Notes under the pieces: generated by a model
What the model saw: the letters and a program-made list of their open reading frames with translations, nothing else
What the model was told of the DNA's origin: nothing
Database searches by the model: none
From: Lachnospiraceae bacterium
GTDB taxonomy: Bacteria; Bacillota; Clostridia; Lachnospirales; Lachnospiraceae
Direction of reading: 5' to 3'
Assembly (NCBI GenBank): GCA_051878875.1
Contig: JBJEKY010000034.1
Location: 714 to 64,713, forward strand
DNA length: 64,000 nucleotides
Made by a program: the position numbers and the translations under genes
Shown here: positions 1 through 10,800 of the stretch, piece by piece
How positions within the stretch are numbered: the first letter of the stretch is position 1
Layout: each line of letters begins with the position of its first letter

Positions 1-622
1 GCTCCGACAATATGTTTACAAACCACAGAGGCATGGCATTGTGGATTTTTACTTCCATCAACATATATCCCGGCTCCAACAACAGTTCCGTATCCTCGTC
101 ACTGGATAGAATAAGATTCTCACGTCTGCTACGGATGTTATAATCGAACGTGATCCGAAATGACGGATCCTCTGTTGCAAAATAAGCCAGTCTGTCGTAC
201 GCCAGATACAATTTGGGGTACAGACCGTAGTGGGTGATCACATAATTGATCTCTTTTGTGATCTGGGGATCGGCACCTTCTGCTTTTCCTGTTTTCAGAA
301 ACTGCTTTGCCTGAACGTAAGGTAAAATGATACGTCTCTTGTTTACCACACCGGTGCATTTCTTCTTGATCTCCAGAAATACATTGCTGTTTTCATCCGG
401 CCGATCATAGCACCGGATCCGGAATTTTTCCTTATAATCCGGCTTCTCGATGGAGGTACGGATCAATTCATCGGTATCGTTATCAAAGTAAATATTTCGA
501 ATGGTATACTGACTGTAGCGATCTTCTGTAAGATATGCATCAATCCGTTCCCGTAACAACCGGTATTGCTCCGGTGTCAGCAGATATTTTTTCTCCACCC
601 GGTTAAACACTGCCTGTGCCAT
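1..622 (-). CDS. VTC-domain (polyphosphate polymerase-like) protein, 3'-truncated by window edge
   Basis: Not in the ORF track; translated by hand. ATG at 622 after RBS AAAGGAGGAG gives MAQAVFNRVEKKYLL...IRNIYFDN...YKEKFRIRCY...FLEIKKK...FRITFDYNIR...MEVKIHNAMPLWF, open to the window edge. These are VTC/CYTH-like motifs. Confidence 0.85.
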   Translation of the reverse strand, partial: MAQAVFNRVEKKYLLTPEQYRLLRERIDAYLTEDRYSQYTIRNIYFDNDTDELIRTSIEKPDYKEKFRIRCYDRPDENSNVFLEIKKKCTGVVNKRRIILPYVQAKQFLKTGKAEGADPQITKEINYVITHYGLYPKLYLAYDRLAYFATEDPSFRITFDYNIRSRRENLILSSDEDTELLLEPGYMLMEVKIHNAMPLWFVNILSE

Positions 623-649
623 GGTCTGTTCTCCTCCTTTGATGAACCC

Positions 650-681
650 AGTATAGTGGTCCAATGTGAACCTAGGGTGAA
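650..681 (-). promoter_or_regulatory. -10 box TATACT preceded by TTCACC-N5-TTCACA direct repeat (OmpR/PhoP-type site candidate)
   Basis: Minus strand reads TTCACC-ctagg-TTCACA-N9-TATACT, upstream of the VTC gene RBS; the repeat has an 11-bp period. Confidence 0.45.
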
Positions 682-682
682 T

Positions 683-718
683 AAAAAAAGAAGGTTAGGG
701 AAAAACTGCCTAACCTTC
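683..718 (-). terminator. Intrinsic terminator after coaBC
   Basis: GAAGGTTAGG-N9-CCTAACCTTC stem followed by a T7 tract on the minus strand. Confidence 0.85.
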
Positions 719-771
719 CTGCGAATTTCTTATATTTTTAGTGCTATTTTTAATGTATTGCAATCTCAAAA

Positions 772-1962
772 CTATTTTGTGTTTTGTGCTTCATTCAGGA
801 TTTCATGTGCCACTTCCTCTTTTGATAAGATTGGAAGCTGCCGCTGTCCTTTTTCACTGATCAGGGTCACCACATTGGTATCAGTGCCAAAACCGGCACC
901 CTCCTGCTTTAGGTTATTGGCTACCATAAGATCAGCGTTCTTTCGAATGCGTTTCTCGGCTGCACGCTCCAAAAGATGCTCTGTTTCCATGCAGAATCCG
1001 CACAGCACCTGATGGGGTTTCTTCTGCTCTCCTAAAGTCTTTAAGATATCCCTTGTAGATGTTAAGCCAAGCTGCATCCCTTCTCCGTTTTTCTTGATCT
1101 TCTCTTTCGCACAATGCTCCGGAGTATAATCCGCCACCGCGGCAGCCAGGAACAGATAATCCATATCATCGCTGCGTTTCAGCACTTCTCTGGCCATATC
1201 TTCGGCACTGACCACAGAAACCATATCCACAAAAGGCACCGCATCTAACGCAGTAGGACCGCTTACCAGGGTAACCTCCGCTCCACGAAGCATTGCGGCT
1301 TTAGCCAGGCTGTATCCCATTTTCCCGGAAGAATGGTTGGTAATGTAGCGCACCGGATCTATCGCCTCACAGGTAGGTCCGGCTGTTACCAGTACCTTTT
1401 TCCCCGCTAAGTCCTTAGGATAGGCGATTTGTCGTAAAATATAGTTTAACAACACCTCCGGGGCCGGCATTTTACCGGCTCCCGTATCACCACAGGCAAG
1501 ATACCCTTTGGCAGGCTCGATAACCTTCATACCGTAGTGCCTTAATTTCTCCAGATTATCCTGTACCACCGGTTTTTCAAACATGGTGGTATTCATAGTC
1601 GGAGACACATAGATTGGTGCCCTGCAAGCTAATGCTGTAGTGGTGAGCATATCATCTGCGATACCGTTTGCCAATTTTCCGATGACATTAGCGGAAGCCG
1701 GGGCAATGAGCATCACATCTGCCGCTTTTCCAAGAGAAACATGCTCTACGCTAAATTCAAAATTCCGGTCAAAGGTATCTACCAGACATTTATTCCCCGT
1801 TAAGGTTTCAAAGGTGATGGGATTGATAAAATTTACAGCATTCTGTGTCATGATCACATGTACATCAGCGTGCAATTTTACCAGCATGCTGGCAAGATTG
1901 GCGATCTTATAGGCTGCAATACTTCCGGTCACTCCCAAAACCACGGTTTTACCCTGTAACAT
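772..1962 (-). CDS. coaBC: Bifunctional phosphopantothenoylcysteine decarboxylase/phosphopantothenate--cysteine ligase
   Basis: Motifs [57 protein letters not shown]. Confidence 0.97.
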   Translation of the reverse strand: [396 protein letters not shown]

Positions 1963-1971
1963 ATATCCTCC

Positions 1972-2814
1972 CTACTCTACTACAAAGTTATCAATGAGAC
2001 GGGTCTTTCCGATACGGACTGCCATAGCAACCAACGCCGGAGCTTTGATGGTATCAATTTCCTGCATGGTCAGTCCGTTCACCGCAGTTACATATTCAAT
2101 GTCAGAAAGAGGCTCTTTACAGATCAGCTCCTTCATGGCATCCGTTACTTTCTTTGCGTCGGTTTCACCCTTTTTCACCATATCTTCTCCTAAGAAAATA
2201 GCCTTGGAAAGACACAGTGCTGCCTTTCTTTCTTCCGGTGACAGATAGGTGTTTCTGGAACTCTTGGCAAGCCCGTCCTCTTCCCGGATGATTGGACAGC
2301 GAATAATTTCTACCGGTATATTTAAATCCTTTACAAACTGTTTTACAATGGCCGCCTGCTGGGCATCCTTTTGTCCAAAATAGGCTTTGTCCGGAGTAAT
2401 GATATTGAAAAACTTATTTAACACGGTACATACTCCCCGGAAATGGATAGGCCGGCTTAATCCACACAAGGCATTGGATAATCCATTGATATCCGTAAAG
2501 GAGCAAAAGCTCTCATCATACATCTCTTCCGGTTCCGGATGGAAGATAAGATCCACACCCTCTGCCGCACATAAAGCACTGTCCTTCTCAAGGTCCCTCG
2601 GATAACTGTCAAGGTCCTCTGTGGGACCAAACTGCATGGGATTTACGAAAATAGAAACCACGACTTTGTCGTTTTCTTTTCTGGCATGCTTGATAAGACT
2701 GGCATGTCCTTCATGGAGATACCCCATGGTAGGCACGTAGCCGATGCTTAAATCCTGTTTCTTCCACTCTTTTACGATTTCCCGTACTTCTTTTATGGTT
2801 GTTACCGTTTTCAT
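1972..2814 (-). CDS. panC: Pantoate--beta-alanine ligase
   Basis: PTMGYLHEGH, VSIFVNPMQF, FGQKDAQQ, REEDGLAKSSRN, RLIDN. Start moved to the ATG at 2814, which follows RBS AAGGAGG. Confidence 0.97.
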   Translation of the reverse strand: MKTVTTIKEVREIVKEWKKQDLSIGYVPTMGYLHEGHASLIKHARKENDKVVVSIFVNPMQFGPTEDLDSYPRDLEKDSALCAAEGVDLIFHPEPEEMYDESFCSFTDINGLSNALCGLSRPIHFRGVCTVLNKFFNIITPDKAYFGQKDAQQAAIVKQFVKDLNIPVEIIRCPIIREEDGLAKSSRNTYLSPEERKAALCLSKAIFLGEDMVKKGETDAKKVTDAMKELICKEPLSDIEYVTAVNGLTMQEIDTIKAPALVAMAVRIGKTRLIDNFVVE

Positions 2815-2838
2815 GATATCCTCCTTCACCCAAACCCT

Positions 2839-3666
2839 TTAGTAGAGTTTTTCAATGATCTCTTCCTCTATTTTATATGTGTGCTCTGCAGCCGGAAACT
2901 GCTTTGCTTTCACCTGGTTACTATATTCCTCAAAGGCTTCTGTCATGATCTGGCCTACATTGGAAAAATGTTTCACGAATTTTGGTACAAAATCCGTAAA
3001 CATCCCCAGCATATCCTGATATACCAGCACCTGTCCGTCACAATCCGCACCGGAACCAATCCCGATAGTAGGAATGGAAATGCTTTCTGTAATCTTTTTA
3101 GCCAGGGCAGCCGGTACACATTCCAGCACTACCATAAAGGCACCTGCCTCTTCTACCGCTTTGGCATCTTCCAGCAGATTCTTTGCTGCCTCTTCCGATT
3201 TCCCGGCAATTTTAAATCCCCCCAGGGCATTCACCGACTGGGGTGTCAGTCCTATGTGGGCACATACCGGAATTCCTGCGGAAACGATTTTCTCAATGGT
3301 GGAGCGTCGTTTCACTCCACCCTCTAATTTCACCGCGTTGGCATGTCCTTCCTTCATCAGGCGTCCTGCATTTACCAGGGCATCATACTCCGAAGTCTGG
3401 TAAGACATAAAGGGCATATCTGCGATCAAAAAGGTATTCTCCAAACCTCTGCTGACTGCCGCCGTATGGTGGATCATATCCTCCATGGTGACGGAAATCG
3501 TATCCGGATACCCTAATACCACCTGTCCTAAGGAATCTCCCACCAGTACAGTTTCAATTCCTGCCTGTTCAATAAGTTTTGCCGTGGAATAATCATAGCA
3601 GGTCAGCATGGTGATCTTATCCCCGTTTATTTTCTGCTTTTGTAGCGTTGTTACTGTATTTTTCAT
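2839..3666 (-). CDS. panB: 3-methyl-2-oxobutanoate hydroxymethyltransferase
   Basis: [45 protein letters not shown]. Confidence 0.97.
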   Translation of the reverse strand: MKNTVTTLQKQKINGDKITMLTCYDYSTAKLIEQAGIETVLVGDSLGQVVLGYPDTISVTMEDMIHHTAAVSRGLENTFLIADMPFMSYQTSEYDALVNAGRLMKEGHANAVKLEGGVKRRSTIEKIVSAGIPVCAHIGLTPQSVNALGGFKIAGKSEEAAKNLLEDAKAVEEAGAFMVVLECVPAALAKKITESISIPTIGIGSGADCDGQVLVYQDMLGMFTDFVPKFVKHFSNVGQIMTEAFEEYSNQVKAKQFPAAEHTYKIEEEIIEKLY

Positions 3667-3669
3667 GAT

Positions 3670-4524
3670 CTATCCTTCCTCTCCGGATGTAAGCAGCTTT
3701 TCCATCAAACTGTAATCCTGCTCCGGATGTTTTTGTTTTGCCAGCCTGAGTAATTCCCGGGATAATGCCCGGTAAGTTTCCCTGTAAGAAGCAGGCAGTC
3801 CCTCAAGATGTGCTTTTACCGTTATAACATCTCCCCGTTCCACCGGTCCGGTAAGGGCATCTATACATCCTGTTTCAAACACATGCTCCACATTTCCTTT
3901 TACCAATGGTTTAAGGGCTTTTGCGGCCTGTTGCGGACTGAATCCGCACCGGATCATAAGATTCATGGACTGGGACAAAAGTCCCACCACCAGATTACTT
4001 GCCATGGCCGCTGCGGCATGATAGCGTATCTTATCCGATCTGTCGATTAAGATCACTTCATTACCCAGAGCACGAAACAGCTCTGTCAGCTCATTTATAT
4101 ATCTGGGGTGTCCTTCGATTGTAAAAACAGTGCTGGAAAAATCCCTATAGGAGTCTTCTTTTGAGCAGACTGCTGATAGGGGGTGGATGGAATATCCATA
4201 AGAAGGAACCTCCGAACTGCCCTCAAACACTTCGGAACTTAAAAGACCACTGCAATGTATAAAGCACATGGGCTTGGTCATTGCATTTTTTAATTCATCA
4301 TAAACAGATGCGATGTTTCTGTCCGGTACGGTAAGAAACACGGCATCACTTTGCTCTGCAAGTTCCTGCAGAGAATGAAATACTTCGCTGCGGGTATACT
4401 TTGCCGCCCACTTGGCAGATTCTTCCGATCTGCTATAGTACCCTGTTACTGTTATCTCATGTTCACTCAGATACTTTCCAAGGCTGCATCCGACTTTTCC
4501 CGCACCTACAAATCCAAATTTCAT
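3670..4524 (-). CDS. Rossmann-fold/DUF2520 oxidoreductase, probable PanG-type ketopantoate reductase
   Basis: GAGKVG nucleotide-binding motif, HCSG, YHAAAAMASN, ALTGPVERGD; first gene of the panB-panC-coaBC operon. Confidence 0.8.
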   Translation of the reverse strand: MKFGFVGAGKVGCSLGKYLSEHEITVTGYYSRSEESAKWAAKYTRSEVFHSLQELAEQSDAVFLTVPDRNIASVYDELKNAMTKPMCFIHCSGLLSSEVFEGSSEVPSYGYSIHPLSAVCSKEDSYRDFSSTVFTIEGHPRYINELTELFRALGNEVILIDRSDKIRYHAAAAMASNLVVGLLSQSMNLMIRCGFSPQQAAKALKPLVKGNVEHVFETGCIDALTGPVERGDVITVKAHLEGLPASYRETYRALSRELLRLAKQKHPEQDYSLMEKLLTSGEEG

Positions 4525-4583
4525 TGTTCGTCCTCTCGGTATAGTTTCTACTTCTTTACAGTTTCAAATACCATCCGTCAACC

Positions 4584-4611
4584 ATTATAGCATAGGTTTT
4601 TTATTTTTCAA
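4584..4611 (-). promoter_or_regulatory. Putative sigma-A promoter of the pan operon
   Basis: TTGAAA-N16-TATAAT with extended -10 (TGcTATAAT). Confidence 0.5.
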
Positions 4612-5780
4612 CTTACAATTTTGTCAACTACATCCAGAATGCCCCGCATCTCGGCAGTCATCATATTCTGCTGACTCGCAAGGCTTAAGATTTCACTGCG
4701 GGCAGTAAGGATGGACGCCCTCTCCCCCTCGATCTTGGTCCAGATCTTGTTTCTGCGTTCCAGAAGGGCATGCTTTACTTCCACCATCTCTTTTCTGTCT
4801 ACCAAAGCGGCTGCCTGATACACCCAGATTCCCGCATCATACAGATCATACCGGCGCAGAAGCCGGATCAGGGCTCCACTGTAATAATTAAGATCATCCT
4901 GGGCCTGTTCCAGTTTTTCCCGCTCTTTCACGGTTTCCAGATAGATCTGCCACTGTTTTTCCAGTTCTTCTCCGCTTGTCACATGATATTTTTCGTGGGC
5001 GTAGTCCACTGCATTGGCAATGTTGATATATTTTAACTTAATGGAATTCTGGATACTGACAGCCTTATTGTAATTCACACTGCATTGTTTTAAATCCCGC
5101 TTGTTATTTTGGATCCGCAGCAACACAAGGCAGAGGATCACTGCCACCACCAGCATGACTATCAGGATAGCTGATGTATATTCCTGTTTGTCAGTAAGGA
5201 TCAGGGACAGAAAAACAGCCACACAGATCGCTTCCAGGGAAAAGATCACGGTGCTGACCCGTTTGCAGATCTTCTGCTCATCCCGGATGGCGGCTTTTTC
5301 ATACGTCCACTCTACCTTTTCTCCTTCAAGATAGTCCAAATCCCGTTTCATGACACTTTGACGTTTCTCGTTTTCCTTTAAACGCACAATTGCCTTGGGC
5401 ACTTCTTCCTTCATCATGTCCAGCTGGTTGTATACCGGATCAGGGATCCTGGCAGCCTTCCTTTGCATATCCGCCCTGGCTTGTGTCAGATTCATGATAT
5501 TCATGGCCGTATCCGTCAGTTTGTCCCGATCCTGCTGCTCCATGGATTCGATCAACTGGATATCGGTAAGATAACTGGTCACGGACTGATACTCCTGTTT
5601 GGCAGCAGCCATATCCGTAGCCTCTTTTGCCATTTCCTCGCACTGTTCGATCAGATAACGTTTCACCTGTGCGGCATCTTTTTTTTGATCCTCCAGCAAA
5701 ACCTCCGACTCGTAGCGTTCTACCACTTCATCCAGTTTTTTCTGACCCCTTTTTCGTCTAAAAAAATGAAACAATCCCAT
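4608..5780 (-). CDS. Conserved hypothetical coiled-coil protein with two central transmembrane helices
   Basis: 390 aa with long charged helical regions flanking the hydrophobic segments VIFSLEAICVAVFLSLIL and AILIVMLVVAVILCLVLL; abuts the upstream gene stop. Confidence 0.8.
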   Translation of the reverse strand: MGLFHFFRRKRGQKKLDEVVERYESEVLLEDQKKDAAQVKRYLIEQCEEMAKEATDMAAAKQEYQSVTSYLTDIQLIESMEQQDRDKLTDTAMNIMNLTQARADMQRKAARIPDPVYNQLDMMKEEVPKAIVRLKENEKRQSVMKRDLDYLEGEKVEWTYEKAAIRDEQKICKRVSTVIFSLEAICVAVFLSLILTDKQEYTSAILIVMLVVAVILCLVLLRIQNNKRDLKQCSVNYNKAVSIQNSIKLKYINIANAVDYAHEKYHVTSGEELEKQWQIYLETVKEREKLEQAQDDLNYYSGALIRLLRRYDLYDAGIWVYQAAALVDRKEMVEVKHALLERRNKIWTKIEGERASILTARSEILSLASQQNMMTAEMRGILDVVDKIVS

Positions 5781-6512
5781 TTATCGTGTACTCCTTAAAT
5801 AATCCTTCATCCGTTCCCTTAGCTGCTGATAACGGATCTGGCGTTTGGCCTGGTTGTTCCGGTCTAAAAGATGCAGGGATTCCTGTTCTTTTCCAGTTTC
5901 TTCTTTATCTTCTTTCAACTGCTGAATAAACGCAACTGCTGTTCTTGTTTCCTGCAAGGCTTCATAGCTGTAAGCTGCCTGAAAACACTCTAATGCCTGA
6001 TCCAGCTGCAACAGACGTCCATAACAACATCCCAGGTTATGCCATACGCAGGCAAGCAGATGATCCTCCTGCCTGGAATAATCCATAGAGTCTATGATCC
6101 TTCGATATTCTAAAATGGCAGCCTCATATTTTTCCCTGTCTGCCATCTGGTCCGCCAATATCTTGCGCCTGTGTACTTCATTTTTATTCTCCATCCGGGA
6201 CAGGCGTTCAAGAAACGCTTCTTTTTCTGCTTCTTCCAAGGTATTGATCTGTCCCAGCAACGTTCCAAGAAACATGGTAAGGGAACATTTGGCACCAATC
6301 TGCTGATGAAGTTTTTCAGCCAAAGCTTCCTGCCCCAGATTTTCCCTTACCCAATAAACAAATTCTTCGTCCATGATGCTGTCATCGATGAGGATCTCGT
6401 TATGGGTGTAAAAATAAAACAGCTCTTCCAGGGAGAAAAAGTTCATATCCACACTCTTTAAGTGAAATGGCTGCTTTGCCTGCGGAATCGGACAATAGAT
6501 TGCCTGCAACAT
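5781..6512 (-). CDS. TPR-containing hypothetical protein
   Basis: TPR-like segment ACVWHNLGCCYGRLLQLDQALECFQAAY; RBS AAGGAGG upstream. Confidence 0.8.
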   Translation of the reverse strand: MLQAIYCPIPQAKQPFHLKSVDMNFFSLEELFYFYTHNEILIDDSIMDEEFVYWVRENLGQEALAEKLHQQIGAKCSLTMFLGTLLGQINTLEEAEKEAFLERLSRMENKNEVHRRKILADQMADREKYEAAILEYRRIIDSMDYSRQEDHLLACVWHNLGCCYGRLLQLDQALECFQAAYSYEALQETRTAVAFIQQLKEDKEETGKEQESLHLLDRNNQAKRQIRYQQLRERMKDYLRSTR

Positions 6513-6536
6513 GTACTTTTCCTCCTTCCTTTCTGC

Positions 6537-7814
6537 TTATCCTTCTTCTTTTAAATTAAATTCAAATTCCCACTCTCCGGATTCCTGTGGGAGGATCTCC
6601 CCAAAACCCAGATTCCTTACCACAATCCGGACACGATCTTTGGACAATGCATTTGCCTCTATCCGAAGTCTGGTGGTCTTTTCCGGCGTAACAGTTAAAC
6701 CGGTTAGTGCTTTCGAAAACTCCCGCTTTGTTTTTCCCTGAATGGAATGGGCGATAAAGGTAAGCACCGGCTCATCCTCTCCTGCCAATATGATCTCCAT
6801 TGCTCCTCTGGCCTCCTGCCAAAAAGAACCTGCTCCTAAAAGCACCTGCTCCCTGTTTTCTCCTTTATTGTAAACACTGAGACACAGGTTAAACAACAGA
6901 TTACCTCCACCCAGATAAAGAAACTCCGGATGGTCTCCCAGGGGGCGCGTTGCCCGCTTTCCATAGTAACAAGCACCTTTGGTAAACAGATTCATTCCGG
7001 AGAAAACCCGCCTTCCGGAGCATAGACGGCTTAAAGATTTTTTCATCCAGTCGCCTTCAAACCCATCTCCTACCAAATATACAGCAGACAACAACCGGTT
7101 TCCCAGAAGTTCGTCCAACGCAGAGAAGAAAACGCTATCCTTGTACTCAGCCTGTTCCTGTTGCGGCCTTTTATCAGCCTCGAAAATTGCCTGCATGCAG
7201 TAAGCCGAAATCTCTTCTACCGATACAACAGGCGGTTCATATCCCTTATCTTTATGCATCACATACGCATGAAAAGAGTTATTCCAATAATCCAAAAGCA
7301 TGACTTCGTTGCGATAAAGAACCGGATCCTGCTGCATTACATAACTGACAAAGGTTTCCTTTTTCCCACAGATTTTCACATGGTCCCGGGGTATATCCAA
7401 ACGGCCGGTGATCGTAAGCAACGTGTCCACAACAGGGTTCGAAACACGATCCACGGAGAGCACGAAGTAATCCTTTTGTTTGTCACACCCCATCACGGCT
7501 GCCTGTGACAGAACCCGCCGGATAAACAGAGTCAAAAGATCTACTGCCTGTACTTCATCGCCGTCCACCGTCAGGCTCTCTTTCCGATAGGCTTTCGAAA
7601 GAATCCCGAAAACATACCCGGGCATCCGCAGCGCTTCTTCTCCAATAAACCATTGGCCTACCCCCGGCTTTTTCGCAACCACCGTTGGGATCAGATAGGA
7701 CCGGCTTCCCACATGAGTGCTGATGGACACCGCATCTTCCATGGAATCCCGATAGTAACTGATCTGACTGTATTCTTCTCCCAAATCTAATCCAAAATAT
7801 GTTATCTGATCCAT
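6537..7814 (-). CDS. DUF5716-like protein with degenerate Hsp70/actin-like ATPase fold
   Basis: N-terminal FGLDLGEEYSQISY (Hsp70 phosphate-1-like), IPTVVA, VYLVGDGF (adenosine-motif-like), C-terminal GFGEILP. Family assigned from memory. Confidence 0.7.
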   Translation of the reverse strand: MDQITYFGLDLGEEYSQISYYRDSMEDAVSISTHVGSRSYLIPTVVAKKPGVGQWFIGEEALRMPGYVFGILSKAYRKESLTVDGDEVQAVDLLTLFIRRVLSQAAVMGCDKQKDYFVLSVDRVSNPVVDTLLTITGRLDIPRDHVKICGKKETFVSYVMQQDPVLYRNEVMLLDYWNNSFHAYVMHKDKGYEPPVVSVEEISAYCMQAIFEADKRPQQEQAEYKDSVFFSALDELLGNRLLSAVYLVGDGFEGDWMKKSLSRLCSGRRVFSGMNLFTKGACYYGKRATRPLGDHPEFLYLGGGNLLFNLCLSVYNKGENREQVLLGAGSFWQEARGAMEIILAGEDEPVLTFIAHSIQGKTKREFSKALTGLTVTPEKTTRLRIEANALSKDRVRIVVRNLGFGEILPQESGEWEFEFNLKEEG

Positions 7815-10800
7815 GATAATCCCTTTTTCACCACTTCCAAACTATGATCATATTCCTGTCTGCCGGTTTCAAATGCTTCTTCCTCACCCAGCTGCTCTGC
7901 AATGATAAGCGAATTCAGCCTTGTGTAACGGCTTTCATCCTTTTGCCTGGTCAGATCCATATTGCAGATCTGACCGCTGGTGAGGATCTTCTGGGTATGC
8001 TCCTGAAGTTCACTGATATAATACTGTACGGTATCTCCATAAAACAGTGTAAATTCCTTTACATAAATGCCTTCTAACATTTCACTCATCTGTTGGGTCA
8101 CATACTCGTCTTCTTCATATCTTCCCTGCTTATAATCCGTGTGAAGATATCGGATGAACACACTACGTCCCGGTGTAGAACGGTATTCCACCACCTGTTT
8201 ACCCAAGCGCGGAAAATGTTTCGTGACCTCTTTGGGCAGGATATTATAAAACGCAAACACATATCCCTTTAGCATCAGCTGATCATAAAGCTCTTGCATC
8301 AGTTCATACTGGGTACTTCCGGTCTCTCCCATCCACTTTAACAGGGCTAACTTCAGGCAAACACCCAGTCGTTCTTTTCGCTTGGCCATGGTATAGATGT
8401 GCTCCATCGCCAAATGATTAGCCGGTGCTTCCCTGACAAAATATTGATAGGAAAAATAAGACACATAAGCATCTAACACCAGCTTTTTGCCGCCGGAACC
8501 GATATAAGAACTTAAGATCTCCTCGCTCTTGTTAATATAACTCTCCGTATAGAGCATCTGCACCAAAAGACGCTCCTCTAATTCAAAACATGGCACCTTA
8601 AAATCTCTTGCCGCGATCCACAATTCATAAAGCATTCCGGTGGATCCATACATAAAGCGGCTTAAGTAAGTCAGAACCTGCTCATTATACTTTCCTCTGG
8701 CAAACAACATGGTACATACGCAGGCCAGGTAACGATTCTCCTTAAACTCCATCTGGTCGATCATACAGGTACACAGAGTCAGCAAGTGCGAAGCAGAAAT
8801 CATGTAACAACCGTAAGCGACCACAGCCTCGTAGGCCTGCTCGAAAAAGCCCCTCTCGATGAGAAGTTCACAGGCAAGTAGCCGCACTGACTGACCCAGC
8901 CTTCGAAAATCGAGACTTCGCAAATATTCATCCAGAAGTTCCACCCTTCCGGATTCATGATAAAACCGGATCAATTCCGGATATAAGATCTGCTTATAAT
9001 CTTCGGAAATACTTTCCGAAGACAGTAGAATATTTAAATATCCCAGTTCCGAATCCGACAGTTGCTTTAACTGCGCTCCTCCGATACGGTCGTAATCAAA
9101 AGTATGGATGAGATAGGGCATCTGCTCCGGTGCCACTTTCAGGCATTTTCTCACATACGACTCAGGATTCAAAAGCCGGATGAGATCAAACTCTGCCCCC
9201 GCCACATACCGGCATCCCTGCTCATCCTCCAGAGCCACCAGTTTTTCTTTGCCATAGACAGGAAAATAAGCCACACCCTCCACAAGAGGATAACTCATGA
9301 CACGGTTTAACTGTCTGTGTACTACCACAACCCGCCCGGAACGGATCCTGTCGGTACTTAACTTATGGATAAACAGTAACGGTGCCAGACTTCGTGACAA
9401 CTCATGCGTCATGCTTAATGGCTTTAAATACATATCGTAGATCTGAGCCAGGTTTTCATCCATATGTCCGGCAGCAATCTGCTCTAAGGCAAGCTGCTCC
9501 ATTTCCGGCTTGCAATTTAAATACAGGGAGGTTTGTTTGTCCCTGTTCCTAATGATTCCTGCATAGACCATTGCCCTGTATTTATACGGCAGATTTGTCT
9601 GGTATTGAAAATAATACTGGACCATTTTGGGGTACTGTGTCTCTCCCGCTTTCGCCGCGGAAATAATATAAGCTTCGTACAGTCCGTTGATCATCAACTG
9701 TTTTTCAATGGCCAGTTCATACCAGGCAAGAACATCTTTTCCGTAACGGCATCCCTGGATCAGGTGCGAACATAGGGCGGACAAAAACTCTTCCTGTGGC
9801 CACTGCTGCTGGCACCATCCCAATATGGGGGTTAATAATTCATAATACTGTTTGTTATACCGCAGAACTGCCATCAGACGGCGGGCAAGTTCTTTGGTCA
9901 AAAGATTTTCTTTGTAGATCCAGTACAAAAGCCTTACTTCAAACGGATCCAGGTTTTCCAGTAGATCCGGTTGTTCTTTTAACAGCTGATAGCATTCCAC
10001 ATACAATACCGGACTGGGATGATAAAGAGTATACTCCTTGATGGCCCGATACTTTCTTTTCCTGCTGTTCTCAAACGTCTCACTGATAAATAACAGCATC
10101 CAGAACAGAAAAAAGTCCTCTTCGCTCTTTCGGTATGCTTCTTCAATGGATGCCGCCACCTTTCTCACATAGCTTTTTTCCTGTGTGATAAATGTGGTAA
10201 TATACAGATAATATGCCTGTTCTCTGGAATCTTTTGCAAATGGTATTTTCTTACATTTGTCCAATACCCACTGTGCCTCCTGGTTACGCCCGCACAATAA
10301 TAAAACCTGTGCCTTCGCCAACCAGAACAAAATATTCTCATCTTCCTTGGCAAGGATATGTTCCAATAGTTTCAGCGTCTCGCTTCCCCAGCTTGCCGGC
10401 ATGACTTTACCGCTTCGATAATCCAGATAAAGTCTGGTAAGACGATAAACCGTGTGCCTGCGATCCAGCATCCACTCTCTGTGTTCACGGTTTTCTTCCC
10501 TTTCATTTTTCACTGAAATCTGATATTGAAAAATCTGGTTTCCGCATTCTACACGAATCCTTCCAAAGTTGTTTCCTGCATGTAAGTTCTCCGGTAACAC
10601 AAAAAAAGGAATCCTGCAGGCTTGTCCGATAAAATCCTCCGGTTCAAAACTATGTTTGGGAATATGCAAAAAGAAAGCATCCGCATAAACTTCCACTTTT
10701 GCAAATCCCCATCCATCCTTGTTTACTTCTATCACTTCCCGGACATCCTGGGTCAGATTCTCATAAACCTGATCTTCGAAAGAGCAGGTAAAGGTCAGTG

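Noticed and set aside
138-1012. ORF-track entries 138-359(-) and 566-1012(+)
   Set aside because: They are out-of-frame or antisense shadows of the VTC gene and coaBC, with no RBS or recognisable motifs.
4525-4607. pan RNA motif or riboswitch before the pan operon
   Set aside because: Only about 55 nt of leader and no evident hairpins.
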